Assembly: GCA_964486505.1 (NCBI GenBank)
Contig: CAZAMC010000003.1
Span: forward strand, 139,120 to 203,119
From: an uncultured Gammaproteobacteria bacterium
GTDB taxonomy: Bacteria > Patescibacteriota > Patescibacteriia > PEXW01
Reading direction: 5' to 3'
DNA length: 64,000 bases
This document shows positions 35,989 through 45,202 of the stretch, one piece after another. Positions within the stretch are counted from its first letter, which is position 1, and every line of letters starts with the position of its first letter. The position numbers were made by a program, and so were the translations under genes. A model generated the notes under the pieces. The model saw only the letters and a program-made list of their open reading frames with translations, did no database searches and had not been told where the DNA came from.

Positions 35989-36020
35989 AAAAGCCATCCA
36001 CGGTATCGTGGATGGCTTTT
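35989..36020. terminator. Bidirectional terminator between convergent genes
   Basis: AAAAGCCATCCACGgtatCGTGGATGGCTTTT. Confidence 0.55.
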
Positions 36021-36041
36021 CCTTACAATCGATATGTTGAA

Positions 36042-36959
36042 CTAGCCCGCTGACATGGCCAGAAACTTCTCTGCATCCAGCAGCGCCATCACACCGAAAC
36101 CCGCGGCTACCGAAGCCTGCCGGTAGCGGGGATCGTGCACGTCGCCGGCGGCAAAAACCCCCTCCACGTTTGTCTTGGTGAAGTCCTTCACCACAATGAA
36201 GCCGTGGCTATCAACCTCGAGCTGGTCTTTAAAAATATCAGTTGCGGGTTTGTGGCCAATGGCGAGGAACAGCCCTTGGCAAGCGTAGTCCCGCACCTCA
36301 CCCGTCTGCGCATCCTTCAGCTTCACCCCAGCTACCGCTTGCTCACCAAGCACATCAACAACCTCACTTTTCCACTGCACGGAAATTTTCGGATTTGCAA
36401 GAACACGATCCTGCATAATCTTGCTGGCGTTGAATGAATCTTTCCGATGGACAATTGTCACTTTTGTAGCAAACTTTGTAAGAAAATTTGCTTCTTCCAT
36501 TGCCGTGTCGCCGCCACCGACGATTACGACTTCCTTGCCCTTGAAGAAGAATCCGTCACACGTGGCGCACGCCGATACGCCAGCGCCCCGCAGGCGCTGC
36601 TCATTGGGTAAACCCAGCCACTTCGCCTGCGCGCCCGTGGCGACAATGACGGTCTGCGCTTGTAGCGCTTGATCACCCACCCACAGCCGAAAAGGCCGTT
36701 GGGAAAAATCGACCTTTGTAACGTTCCCATCAATGAACTGCGTACCAAAATGCGCCGCTTGATCGCGCAGCTTCTGCATGAGCTCTGGCCCCTTGATGCT
36801 CACGTAACCGGGGAAATTTTCTACGTCTGTCGTATCCATGAGCTGGCCGCCCGGCTTCATACCAGCAATGACTAGGGGCTGGAGCTCGGCCCGGGCACCG
36901 TAAATTGCCGCCGATAAACCCGCCGGACCAGAACCAATGATAATGAGTTTATGAGCCAT
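36042..36959 (-). CDS. trxB: Thioredoxin reductase (canonical, NADPH-dependent)
   Basis: IIIGSGPAGL...GVSACATCDGFFFKGKEVVIVGGGDTAMEEANFLTKFATKVTIVHRKD: the CATC redox motif and HRKD NADPH motif are both present. Start chosen at MAHKLIIIG. Confidence 0.9.
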   Translation of the reverse strand: MAHKLIIIGSGPAGLSAAIYGARAELQPLVIAGMKPGGQLMDTTDVENFPGYVSIKGPELMQKLRDQAAHFGTQFIDGNVTKVDFSQRPFRLWVGDQALQAQTVIVATGAQAKWLGLPNEQRLRGAGVSACATCDGFFFKGKEVVIVGGGDTAMEEANFLTKFATKVTIVHRKDSFNASKIMQDRVLANPKISVQWKSEVVDVLGEQAVAGVKLKDAQTGEVRDYACQGLFLAIGHKPATDIFKDQLEVDSHGFIVVKDFTKTNVEGVFAAGDVHDPRYRQASVAAGFGVMALLDAEKFLAMSAG

Positions 36960-37110
36960 AGGGGTGAGGAATGTGGAAGCCCCCGCATCATAGCAATATC
37001 CTTCGACCCATCGCAAGGAACTCGCGAGAGAGAAAATCTCGTCACGAGGAAGGACGAGGATTCCCGCGGCGCGGGATCCGTGTCCTGACAAAGTTACACC
37101 AGCCCCGATA

Positions 37111-39231
37111 TTATTGCTCCTCCCAGCTCAACGTCTCGTACTGCCCCGTGGTGGGGAAATCAGGCGGCGGGGCGTAACTCAAGTTCGCATCGAAGATAAG
37201 GTCACGCAAGCAGTACCCCGAATTGTTATACTGGCCACCCCCACAATCAAACAGATTGTAGCCGGTCCAGGCAAAACCGTACCGTTGGTTCGTTGCAATC
37301 GCTCCAAAGTTCGTTAGCTGGGCGCGCTTGCGGTACTCCTGGCACGTTGTCCCGCCATCTGGATTTTGGCTCTGCGTGCAGGTGTCGGTGGTCACGCAGG
37401 TATCACCGGACGTACAGGGCCCCGTACTCGTCGTCACGCAGGTGTCGGTGGTCACGCACGGCCCAACGTCAGGCGCGCTCGAATCACACGTCCCAAAACC
37501 GGTACAGTGCGAATTCTGGGAGCACCCCCGATTATGGTCACCGGTACACCAACCGTTGCACCGCGCGTTCGTCGTGCACGAACGAGTTGGATCATTCTGG
37601 CAGTAGTTGCGGCAGTTGGTGTTCGTCGTGCACGCGCGCGTGGGAAACGCGTTGCAGTAGTTAATGCAGTCCCCGGTGACCGTGCAGGCGCGGTCGGTGT
37701 CCGTGCTGCACTTGTTGTTGCACTGAGCGTCGGCCGTGCAGTTGAGCGTGGGCGTGGCTTGGCAGTAGTTTGTACAGTCGCCATTCACGGCACAGGATCG
37801 TGCGGGGTTGCCCACGCAAATGCCGCCGGTGGGGTAGAGTTGGAAGTTCGCATTGTTCGTCGAGGTCGTGAAGCCTGCCCCGTAGTACGGTCGGCCCACC
37901 CGCCCGTTCTGAGCAATGAGGGCGGCGTCAATGCGAATGTCATTCTCGCTAAAGTACCCAACGAGAATGTTGTCCTGCGCGATGAGCCCAATAACGTCGC
38001 CACCGCTCGTATCGCCAACCGGCGTATACGTGAGGTCCTCGTTCAAGTAGATGTTTGCGCGGCCCGATGCAAGCGGCTCACGAGCGGCCACGATAGTGAG
38101 CCGAGAATTATCAACAGCCCCGTCAACCCAGAGATCGTCTTCCACGAAGATAATGCCATTTGCGGGCAGGTCTACGCCCAGGGAAGAGCCGCCGTTGTAG
38201 GTAAAGGCCGCCTGGTCATTCGCCCGGGTGCCCACGGAGTGTGACGACTGCACGCAGGTTGCCCCCGACGAACACTGGCTACTCTGTGTACAGCTGGTGT
38301 TGAAATCATTTGAACAGTACCCAAAGTCACGCCACGTCCCGCTGGCGTTGTACTGGCAGCGTAGCTGCGCATTCACCACGCGCATGTCAACCTTGCCATC
38401 GGTACGGAGCGTGAGGTGGTACCCTTGCCCACCGGATGGGAGCAGACGTATGCCGCTGGCAATAGCTTTGGTCTGCAACGCCTGCAAGTCCGCGGTGATA
38501 TTGGCGAAATCTACGTAGTCAGCCTGTACCTGCCGGCCCGCTTCAAAAACGTCGGGGCGGCTAGCAATTGTGGCCGGCGGCGCGGCGGGTGGAATGGGGT
38601 CGGTGGGGGCTATGTGTGTATGTACGCCCAGCTCGTTGCTGCCGGTGTGGTCAGGATCGTCGTAGCTATACCGGTACGACGTGACGAGATTATGTGCCAA
38701 ACCGTCAAACCGGATGCCGCCATTGCTGTGTATAGGACCAAATACTTCGGTACCGACGCCGAAGCGCATATCGGCATTCGCCACGACCGCCCACTTGGTG
38801 AATGAGGGGATCCCTTGCCGCACAACCACGGTGCGTGCGCTCGCCGGCCGATTGGTGAGCTGTCCAGTGGAGGTAATGGTTACAACCGTTGACCCCGAAG
38901 GGGGTGGCGCGATATCCAGGGTAAACGTGCCAATCACATTCCCGGTGGTGTCACGGTACTGGTGCACGTAGGGTCCCGTCGTACCCGTGCCATCTTGGAA
39001 ATCATCGGGCACGTGGGCAAGGTGCCACCGGTAGTACTCTACGCCTGCTTCGGCAATCTGAAATGCGCGCTCGCGTTCTACCCGAAATTTACTCGCCGCG
39101 TTCTGGGTGATGATGAACTGGAGGGCCAGCATACCGAGTGTGACGAAAAGTCCGGTGATAACCAGAATGCTCACGAGCATCGAGCCGGAGGACTGATTCG
39201 TTCGCGGTGAATTGGCGCGCGCACGACTCAT
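37111..39231 (-). CDS. Large prepilin-like protein (GspK/minor-pilin-like N-terminus lacking Glu+5) with Cys-rich tandem repeats
   Basis: N-terminus ...QSSGSMLVSILVITGLFVTLGMLALQ is a class-III-signal-like hydrophobic segment. C-terminal region holds 7-8 repeats of C-x5-C-x3-C (...CTNYCQATPTLNCTADAQCNNKCSTDTDRACTVTGDCINYC...). 706 aa; last gene of a three-gene operon. Confidence 0.6.
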   Translation of the reverse strand: MSRARANSPRTNQSSGSMLVSILVITGLFVTLGMLALQFIITQNAASKFRVERERAFQIAEAGVEYYRWHLAHVPDDFQDGTGTTGPYVHQYRDTTGNVIGTFTLDIAPPPSGSTVVTITSTGQLTNRPASARTVVVRQGIPSFTKWAVVANADMRFGVGTEVFGPIHSNGGIRFDGLAHNLVTSYRYSYDDPDHTGSNELGVHTHIAPTDPIPPAAPPATIASRPDVFEAGRQVQADYVDFANITADLQALQTKAIASGIRLLPSGGQGYHLTLRTDGKVDMRVVNAQLRCQYNASGTWRDFGYCSNDFNTSCTQSSQCSSGATCVQSSHSVGTRANDQAAFTYNGGSSLGVDLPANGIIFVEDDLWVDGAVDNSRLTIVAAREPLASGRANIYLNEDLTYTPVGDTSGGDVIGLIAQDNILVGYFSENDIRIDAALIAQNGRVGRPYYGAGFTTSTNNANFQLYPTGGICVGNPARSCAVNGDCTNYCQATPTLNCTADAQCNNKCSTDTDRACTVTGDCINYCNAFPTRACTTNTNCRNYCQNDPTRSCTTNARCNGWCTGDHNRGCSQNSHCTGFGTCDSSAPDVGPCVTTDTCVTTSTGPCTSGDTCVTTDTCTQSQNPDGGTTCQEYRKRAQLTNFGAIATNQRYGFAWTGYNLFDCGGGQYNNSGYCLRDLIFDANLSYAPPPDFPTTGQYETLSWEEQ
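37366..37700. repeat. Direct DNA repeats encoding the Cys-rich modules
   Basis: cacgcaggtgtcggtggtcacgca occurs twice (about 37375 and 37436), with many related copies (gtcaccaccgacacctgcgtgac family). Confidence 0.5.
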
Positions 39232-39830
39232 AGGTTGTCTTTGAGGTTACGGAAGGCCACGCTGGTTTGCAAATCAATAGCGGCCGGGGTTTGGCTGGGG
39301 TCGGCATCAATACTGAGCAGGACGGTGACTAACCGAACGTCCTGCAGAGTTACTGGGAAGGTGAGCGCGGCTTCCGATCCGGTGTATGACGTATCGAAGT
39401 ACTGGAAGATGGGTGCCGCGCCATTGCGCACGCCAGTTACCAACGTGCTCACCGCTTCGCTACCCGCTGGGTACGACGCCGGTTGGCCAACGGGCTGGAT
39501 GAAGCCGAGCTTCAAATCAGAACCCTGGAGAAAGAAGCGAACCTGCTCCCGATCCGCATCTGCATCTGCATTCGCGTAGAAAGTTAATGACTGCGCGGCC
39601 GCCGCAGCAATGGGGTAGCTCCCGTTATTCGAGGGCTGCGCTTCCCGCACAAGCCGTGTAATGCGCGCCAAAGCCGTCCGGGCTTGCTCCTGCGCGTCAA
39701 CTTGCTCTCGATTCTGGTTCCACGTCCGCAAACCAAAAGCCGCAAAGGTGCCTAGCATCGTTGCCACAATTGCAAAGATGCTCGCGGTCACAATGACTTC
39801 AACTAGAGTGAATCCTGAGGGGCGATGCAT
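39228..39830 (-). CDS. Type IV pilin-like / pseudopilin (GspJ/PilV-like minor pilin)
   Basis: Prepilin-peptidase motif MHRPSG|FTLVEVIVTASIFAIVA (G-F-T-L-V-E with Glu at +5); 200 aa; 4-nt overlap with the upstream gene. Confidence 0.75.
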   Translation of the reverse strand: MHRPSGFTLVEVIVTASIFAIVATMLGTFAAFGLRTWNQNREQVDAQEQARTALARITRLVREAQPSNNGSYPIAAAAAQSLTFYANADADADREQVRFFLQGSDLKLGFIQPVGQPASYPAGSEAVSTLVTGVRNGAAPIFQYFDTSYTGSEAALTFPVTLQDVRLVTVLLSIDADPSQTPAAIDLQTSVAFRNLKDNL

Positions 39831-39833
39831 AGC

Positions 39834-41996
39834 TTAGGCCGGAACGAGTGAGAAGGTGTTCTGAACATGACCGCTCACATCCACATCAACCGTCAGAGGG
39901 GTGTAGCCGTCTTTCGTCAACGTCACGCTATAGGTTTGCGCCGAAAGACTGGGGAAGAATGCTTGGCCCGGGGGGGTGCACCCCGTGGTAAATCCAATAC
40001 GCACATCAGTAATACCGGGCGTCACCTTCTGGTCTGCCGTCTGCAAGAAGAGCTTGTACCGGATATAGCGCTTCGACTGAATACTGGCTGGCAATGCATC
40101 ACCGCTTGTGGTGAAGTACGTAGCGTTCGTGCCATCTGGCCCCACGAAATTCCACGTTGCATTATCGTCATTCGTTGCGAGCTGGAAACGGGCCGCCTCA
40201 GACCCTGCCTCGGCGGTCTGGCTTTGCGGTTCCCACGTGAGCCCAAAGAACGTGCTCGCCGTACCCGTGTCATAGGACGACGACGTGAGCGTCCCGTTGC
40301 TGGCGTACGTCTCTATAGTCAAGTCAATGGAGACATCCTGCACGACGGGCGTCACATTGGGGTCGGCGGTTTCGAGTTCAATACGGAAGCGCAGGACGTC
40401 ACCCGCCGAAACAAAGGCATGGGTCACATCGGGGGTAACTTCTTCAAACGTCGTGCCATCGGCCGACAGGTAGTAGCGAATAACCTGGCCATTCTCATTC
40501 CGCGCCGAACTCAGCGTGGCATCCACAATCTTCCCGGCGGGTGTGGGGATCTGCAAAGTCTGGGCTATCGCGCTAGCATCGTATAGCCCCGCGGTCTGAG
40601 ACAGGCGGAGCTCGCCCGCCCCGGTATCCCAGGTCGCCGTCGTAGAAGGATCACGGTTGGTAGTGGTATCAAAACTTTCGGATACCGCATCGGCACTCGA
40701 TGACTTCGTGAGCGTTACCTGGCCCGGCGTAGAGGTGACGTCAATTCCGCCGGTCTCGCTGTCGTACTTCGTCGCGTCTGTAAAATCTGCTTGGCCACTC
40801 CCGCCCGACCAGTTGGTTTGTGCCCATGTGCCCTGGCCGGTTGTCTTCGTCCCTACCCCGCTTACGTCAACGGTCGCCCCCGAGATGGGTGCGCCCGTGT
40901 TGGCATCCTTCACGCTCGCCAAAAGGGAGTTGGCCGAGTAGCTGGTCGTGAGGACCAAGGTAACTTGCGCATTCGTATCCGGCAGCACGTTCAAGCTCGC
41001 GGGCGGGATTATGCCAGCAATATTTCGCGTCAGCCCACCGAGCGTCAGGGCGTAGTTATCCCAAACCAAGCTACTCGCGGTCGCTTGGCCGCTACCATTG
41101 GTGGTGAAGCTCTGATCATACGCCAGCACCGGCGAGGGCGGTGGGTTGCCTTTCAACCGTTGGCCGCTGAGCTGGAAGTCAACTCCGGATTGCACTGCGC
41201 ACGTCTCGTTCACGGTGGTGAACGCCAAGCTGCTCAGGTGATCGATAGCAAAAGTGATGTCGAGCACGCCGCCGGCGGTAATCGAAAGGTTCGGGCGCAC
41301 GGGGTTGGGGAGTGCTACGGAAACTGCAAAGGTTTGATCTGTCGTGAATCCCGCTTTTGTTACGCGAACATTGTAGTTGTCTACGTCAGGCAGCAGGCTC
41401 AACAGTTGTAGCTTGCCGTTCACGTCCGTCTTCGAAGAAATGTCGACATCCGGATCCAGATTAGTATTCGTCACGTACACGTCTGCTTCCGAGACAGGCA
41501 GCCCCGACGCATCAATAACCGAAACCAGGAGCGAACCGGTATTCGATGGCGACTCCAGGCCCGCCGGCATAATAGATGTAGTGAGTTTAACCGCCTCGTC
41601 GCCTCCTGCCCACGTAACAGACACCTCGACCAGCTTGTAGTCCGTGGGCACCGTATCGGGTGGCGTGTCGGTGACCAGCTTATCGAACGTATCATCTACC
41701 CACTTCACACACGTATCCACCGTGAAGGTGACGTTGGAACGGACGGCGGTCATGGAGCGGGCGAATGGTCCGGTCACTTCGCACGTTGGCGCTTGCGTCC
41801 CGACGTCGCTAAACGGCGCATTGCGGAGCACCTCAATGCGCTCATTGGCTAGTGCGGTTGCGAGGACGCGAACCTTAGAACGGGCCAACTTCTCGGCGCT
41901 TAAGCTAAACATCCCTAACGCAAATGTCACCACGAGGCCAATAATTGCGACCCCAATGAGTGTCTCCACAAGTGTCGTGCCCTTCCTCCGTAGCAT
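39834..41996 (-). CDS. Giant prepilin-like protein (720 aa) with Ig-like/carboxypeptidase-regulatory-like extracellular domains
   Basis: N-terminus MLRRKG|TTLVETLIGVAIIGLVV is a type IV pilin class III signal with Glu+5, followed by a long S/T/V/D-rich beta domain. Confidence 0.7.
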   Translation of the reverse strand: MLRRKGTTLVETLIGVAIIGLVVTFALGMFSLSAEKLARSKVRVLATALANERIEVLRNAPFSDVGTQAPTCEVTGPFARSMTAVRSNVTFTVDTCVKWVDDTFDKLVTDTPPDTVPTDYKLVEVSVTWAGGDEAVKLTTSIMPAGLESPSNTGSLLVSVIDASGLPVSEADVYVTNTNLDPDVDISSKTDVNGKLQLLSLLPDVDNYNVRVTKAGFTTDQTFAVSVALPNPVRPNLSITAGGVLDITFAIDHLSSLAFTTVNETCAVQSGVDFQLSGQRLKGNPPPSPVLAYDQSFTTNGSGQATASSLVWDNYALTLGGLTRNIAGIIPPASLNVLPDTNAQVTLVLTTSYSANSLLASVKDANTGAPISGATVDVSGVGTKTTGQGTWAQTNWSGGSGQADFTDATKYDSETGGIDVTSTPGQVTLTKSSSADAVSESFDTTTNRDPSTTATWDTGAGELRLSQTAGLYDASAIAQTLQIPTPAGKIVDATLSSARNENGQVIRYYLSADGTTFEEVTPDVTHAFVSAGDVLRFRIELETADPNVTPVVQDVSIDLTIETYASNGTLTSSSYDTGTASTFFGLTWEPQSQTAEAGSEAARFQLATNDDNATWNFVGPDGTNATYFTTSGDALPASIQSKRYIRYKLFLQTADQKVTPGITDVRIGFTTGCTPPGQAFFPSLSAQTYSVTLTKDGYTPLTVDVDVSGHVQNTFSLVPA

Positions 41997-42069
41997 AGGT
42001 AGTAGTATAGCGTACTTCCACGGAGGGCAGTGCTATACTAAGGGGCGACTCGCTCTAACCCAAAGGCTT

Positions 42070-45000
42070 ATGACCCGTCGACACTACCTGAAGTTCACGA
42101 GTGGACTTCTCCTATTCACTGTGCTCTGGTCATTCCCGGGAATGATGAGCCCAGCGCGGGCTGTGACCAACGTCGTTGCTGGCACCGTTACTACCAGCGC
42201 CGGGGCGCCCATGGCGGGTGTCACCATGGAGCTGCACACGCCGGACGGTGTTTTCACGACAAATACCACGACCGCGGCGGATGGTACGTATCACTTTGAC
42301 AACGACCTTACGGTGGGTACGAACTACGTGGTGGAACCGCGGACGCCCGCAGGCTACAACCGCGTAAATACCAGCGCGAACAACAATAACTTTACCTACG
42401 ATGGGGTTTCTCGCTCAGGGGTGAACTTCCAGTTTGTTGCCACGAGCAAAACCATCAGCGGCCGCGTGACGGACACGAACGGCGTTGCCATTACCGATGC
42501 CGACATTAACATCACGCCCTACAACAACCCCAATGCCAGTAACGCCGCCGCCCGAACCGACGGCACCGGCGCCTACTCGGCCACGGTCGTGGGCGGCACG
42601 TGGTTTGCCCAGCCTGTGGTCAACCTCTCCGAATACACACAGCGCTGGATTAGCGAGACGCCTCCACAGCGCATCGACTTTGCGAACGACGCTACTGCCG
42701 AAACGGCAACCCTCAACTTCCAGGTAACCCCCGCCACTGGGAAGGTAACCGTAACCTTGCTCAACAGCGACGGGAGCAAGCTCACGACGAGCAACTTCGT
42801 AGCCGACATTAACTTCCGCCGGGCCGATGGCGTAGGCACCATGCGCAAAGTGCAAGCGGCCACCTCCACTGTGAGCGTGTACCTCACCCCGGGCATCTAC
42901 ACCATCTCGGCGTTCCACAACGATCTTCGCGGTAAGTCATTCGATCCCGCCGCAACGACCTTTGTAATGACAGAGAACGGGAACGTAGACCTCGGGACAG
43001 TGCAAGCCCAAGTCGATAGCGCCCACCTGACAGGCAAGGTGACGAATACCAGTGGCCAAGCCCTACCGAATGTGCACATCCAGGCCATCCGCGAAGGCGG
43101 ACAGGAGCGGCCGAGTGGGAATACTGACCCGAATGGAAACTTTGATCTCACGGTTGGTGCAGGCACCTGGGTGATTGGCCTGGATACGAACGATACCTCG
43201 CACACCCTGGTTGCTCCAGTGAGCGCAACGGTGACGAACGGGCAAACCACGACGGGCCTCAATTTGCAGGTCAAGGACCTCGACCGAACGGTTTCCGGAC
43301 GGGTGCTGAACGCGAACGGCGCGGTGGTCACTGACTTCGTGGGCAGCGTGTACGTCCGAACACTATCGAACAGCGCCCGGGTGAGCGCCCCGGTCGTTGA
43401 TGGCACGTTTAGTGTAAAGTTCGCATCCAAAGAGATAACGGGCAGCAAAATTGTCGTTGGAACCCAAGCCGCCCCCGGCACGGCCTATGCGGGCGGCAAT
43501 GAAAAGCAGGTAACGTCGGGAAATACTGTGGCTACCGATCTTACCCTCCGAGCATACGATGCCACGCTCACGGGTACACTCCGCTTGCCGGATGCCACGG
43601 TAGTCACCAATGCGGGTTCGGACCTACAGGTCGTGGCTGTAGATGCCAGCGGTAACTTTGCCAGCACCACAGTTGGGGCTGATGGCTCGTACTCTCTGCC
43701 CCTTGCCGCCGGCACTTGGCTCTTCGACTACGACATTGAAGACCCTGAGGATACCAGTGGGTTGCTCAACCGCCCCTCGGGCCAGAGCAGCGTCACCATC
43801 AAGGCCGGCCAAACGCTCACGCGCAATCTCACGGTTCGGCTCGGCACGAATACCATCACCGGCACAGTGCGCGACTCCAGTGGTGCTGCCGTTGGGAGCG
43901 TAAAAGTGACCATCGACAACCGCCCCTCGCTGGAGAGCAATGCGGCCACAAATCCAAACGACATTGTCACGCAGACCGTGGAGACGGATGTGAACGGCGT
44001 GTACACCACAAAAGTCCCGAATGGTACGTACCTCATCACTGTGGGCGAGACCCCAGCAGTTGCCGACACCCAGATCCAACCCGATGGCAAGGCGGTAAAA
44101 GTGAGCGGCGGCTCAACCACGACCGTGAACCTCACCTTTGAGGCAAGCAACGCCGTAGTGAAAGGCAAGGTCCTCCTCAACGGCAAGGGCGAGGGTGGCG
44201 GTACCATTACCGCGTACTCCGCCGATGGCGCGCAGGCAACGGCCACCGTGAACAGCTCGGGCAACTACACCCTGAACCTAAACAAGAACGAGAAGTGGAC
44301 CCTGGTCGCCACTGACCTCAAGGGTCAGCGCTTGGTGGCAAGCGACGCTGCCGAAATTACGCCGAAAGCAAACACGACGACCAAGAACCTCACGGTAAAA
44401 GACACGGGACTTGCTGTTCCCGGCCCGGTCACCAAGACCGGCAACGCCGATGATAGCGTGAGCGTGAGCCTGGCCGATGGCACGAACGTCACGGTTCCGC
44501 CCTTCGCCCTCGATATTTCGGGCACTGTGGAAGTAACCGTTACCCCCACCATCGATATTGACCCCACGACGCTGGATCGCCCGGCTTCTCTCGCCTATGA
44601 AGTAAGCGCATTCGATGCAACAGGCCGCGAGGTGAAAGCGCTCAACACTCCGGCGACGATAACCTTGCCGTACAAAGAGAGCACGGTGGTGAATAACGGG
44701 TTGCGGGAGAAGGCGCTGGCGACCAAGTACTGGGACTCGCAAACCGAATCCTGGTCCACCGATGGCGCCGCCGGACTTGTGAATACCACCAAGAACACGG
44801 CGACACTCACTACGACTCACCTTTCAAAATTCTCGGTTACCGGCACGGCCCGGGCGACACCAAAACTGACGGCGAGCAAGTTGGTGAGCCGCAATAGCAC
44901 CAGCCTGGTCATCGAAGTAAGCGGCAGCAACATGAAGGGCAAAGCCACAGCAAAACTTGGCACGGTGAAAGCCACAAAAGTAGAGGTGCGCAGTAGCAGC

Positions 45001-45153
45001 GTTGCCCGCCTCACCTTCCCGACCAAGTCGGTGAAGAACGGCACGTACGACCTCACCTACACCAATGCCGATGGCCGCTCGACAATCAAACGGACTACGG
45101 TAAGTACCGGCCGCGTGCTTGGCGAGAGCGTGGCGCGGATTATTCCCCGATAA
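42070..45153 (+). CDS. Large secreted multi-domain protein (repeated CarboxypepD_reg/Cna-B-like Ig-fold modules, C-terminal IPT-like domain)
   Basis: Start chosen at MTRRHYLKFTSGLLLFTVLWSFPGMMSPARA (signal peptide). Recurring ...G.V.D..G.....A.V........TDA.G.Y.....G.Y modules; 1027 aa; divergent from the pilin-like operon. Confidence 0.7.
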   Translation: MTRRHYLKFTSGLLLFTVLWSFPGMMSPARAVTNVVAGTVTTSAGAPMAGVTMELHTPDGVFTTNTTTAADGTYHFDNDLTVGTNYVVEPRTPAGYNRVNTSANNNNFTYDGVSRSGVNFQFVATSKTISGRVTDTNGVAITDADINITPYNNPNASNAAARTDGTGAYSATVVGGTWFAQPVVNLSEYTQRWISETPPQRIDFANDATAETATLNFQVTPATGKVTVTLLNSDGSKLTTSNFVADINFRRADGVGTMRKVQAATSTVSVYLTPGIYTISAFHNDLRGKSFDPAATTFVMTENGNVDLGTVQAQVDSAHLTGKVTNTSGQALPNVHIQAIREGGQERPSGNTDPNGNFDLTVGAGTWVIGLDTNDTSHTLVAPVSATVTNGQTTTGLNLQVKDLDRTVSGRVLNANGAVVTDFVGSVYVRTLSNSARVSAPVVDGTFSVKFASKEITGSKIVVGTQAAPGTAYAGGNEKQVTSGNTVATDLTLRAYDATLTGTLRLPDATVVTNAGSDLQVVAVDASGNFASTTVGADGSYSLPLAAGTWLFDYDIEDPEDTSGLLNRPSGQSSVTIKAGQTLTRNLTVRLGTNTITGTVRDSSGAAVGSVKVTIDNRPSLESNAATNPNDIVTQTVETDVNGVYTTKVPNGTYLITVGETPAVADTQIQPDGKAVKVSGGSTTTVNLTFEASNAVVKGKVLLNGKGEGGGTITAYSADGAQATATVNSSGNYTLNLNKNEKWTLVATDLKGQRLVASDAAEITPKANTTTKNLTVKDTGLAVPGPVTKTGNADDSVSVSLADGTNVTVPPFALDISGTVEVTVTPTIDIDPTTLDRPASLAYEVSAFDATGREVKALNTPATITLPYKESTVVNNGLREKALATKYWDSQTESWSTDGAAGLVNTTKNTATLTTTHLSKFSVTGTARATPKLTASKLVSRNSTSLVIEVSGSNMKGKATAKLGTVKATKVEVRSSSVARLTFPTKSVKNGTYDLTYTNADGRSTIKRTTVSTGRVLGESVARIIPR

Positions 45154-45170
45154 CTTCTCGCTCGCAATGG

Positions 45171-45198
45171 AAAAGCCTCGCTTCAGCGAGGCTTTTTT
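45171..45198. terminator. Bidirectional terminator between convergent genes
   Basis: AAAAGCCTCGCttcaGCGAGGCTTTTTT. Confidence 0.55.
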
Positions 45199-45202
45199 GT
45201 AC

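Noticed and set aside
37366-38244. 292-aa plus-strand ORF inside the Cys-repeat pilin-like gene
   Set aside because: Antisense reading of a GC-rich repeat region; Arg/Ala/Val-rich.
41644-42069. 5' extension of the 1169-aa plus ORF
   Set aside because: It overlaps the pilin-like gene 39834..41996 on the other strand. The signal-peptide-bearing start MTRRHYLKF at 42070 gives a coherent secreted protein.
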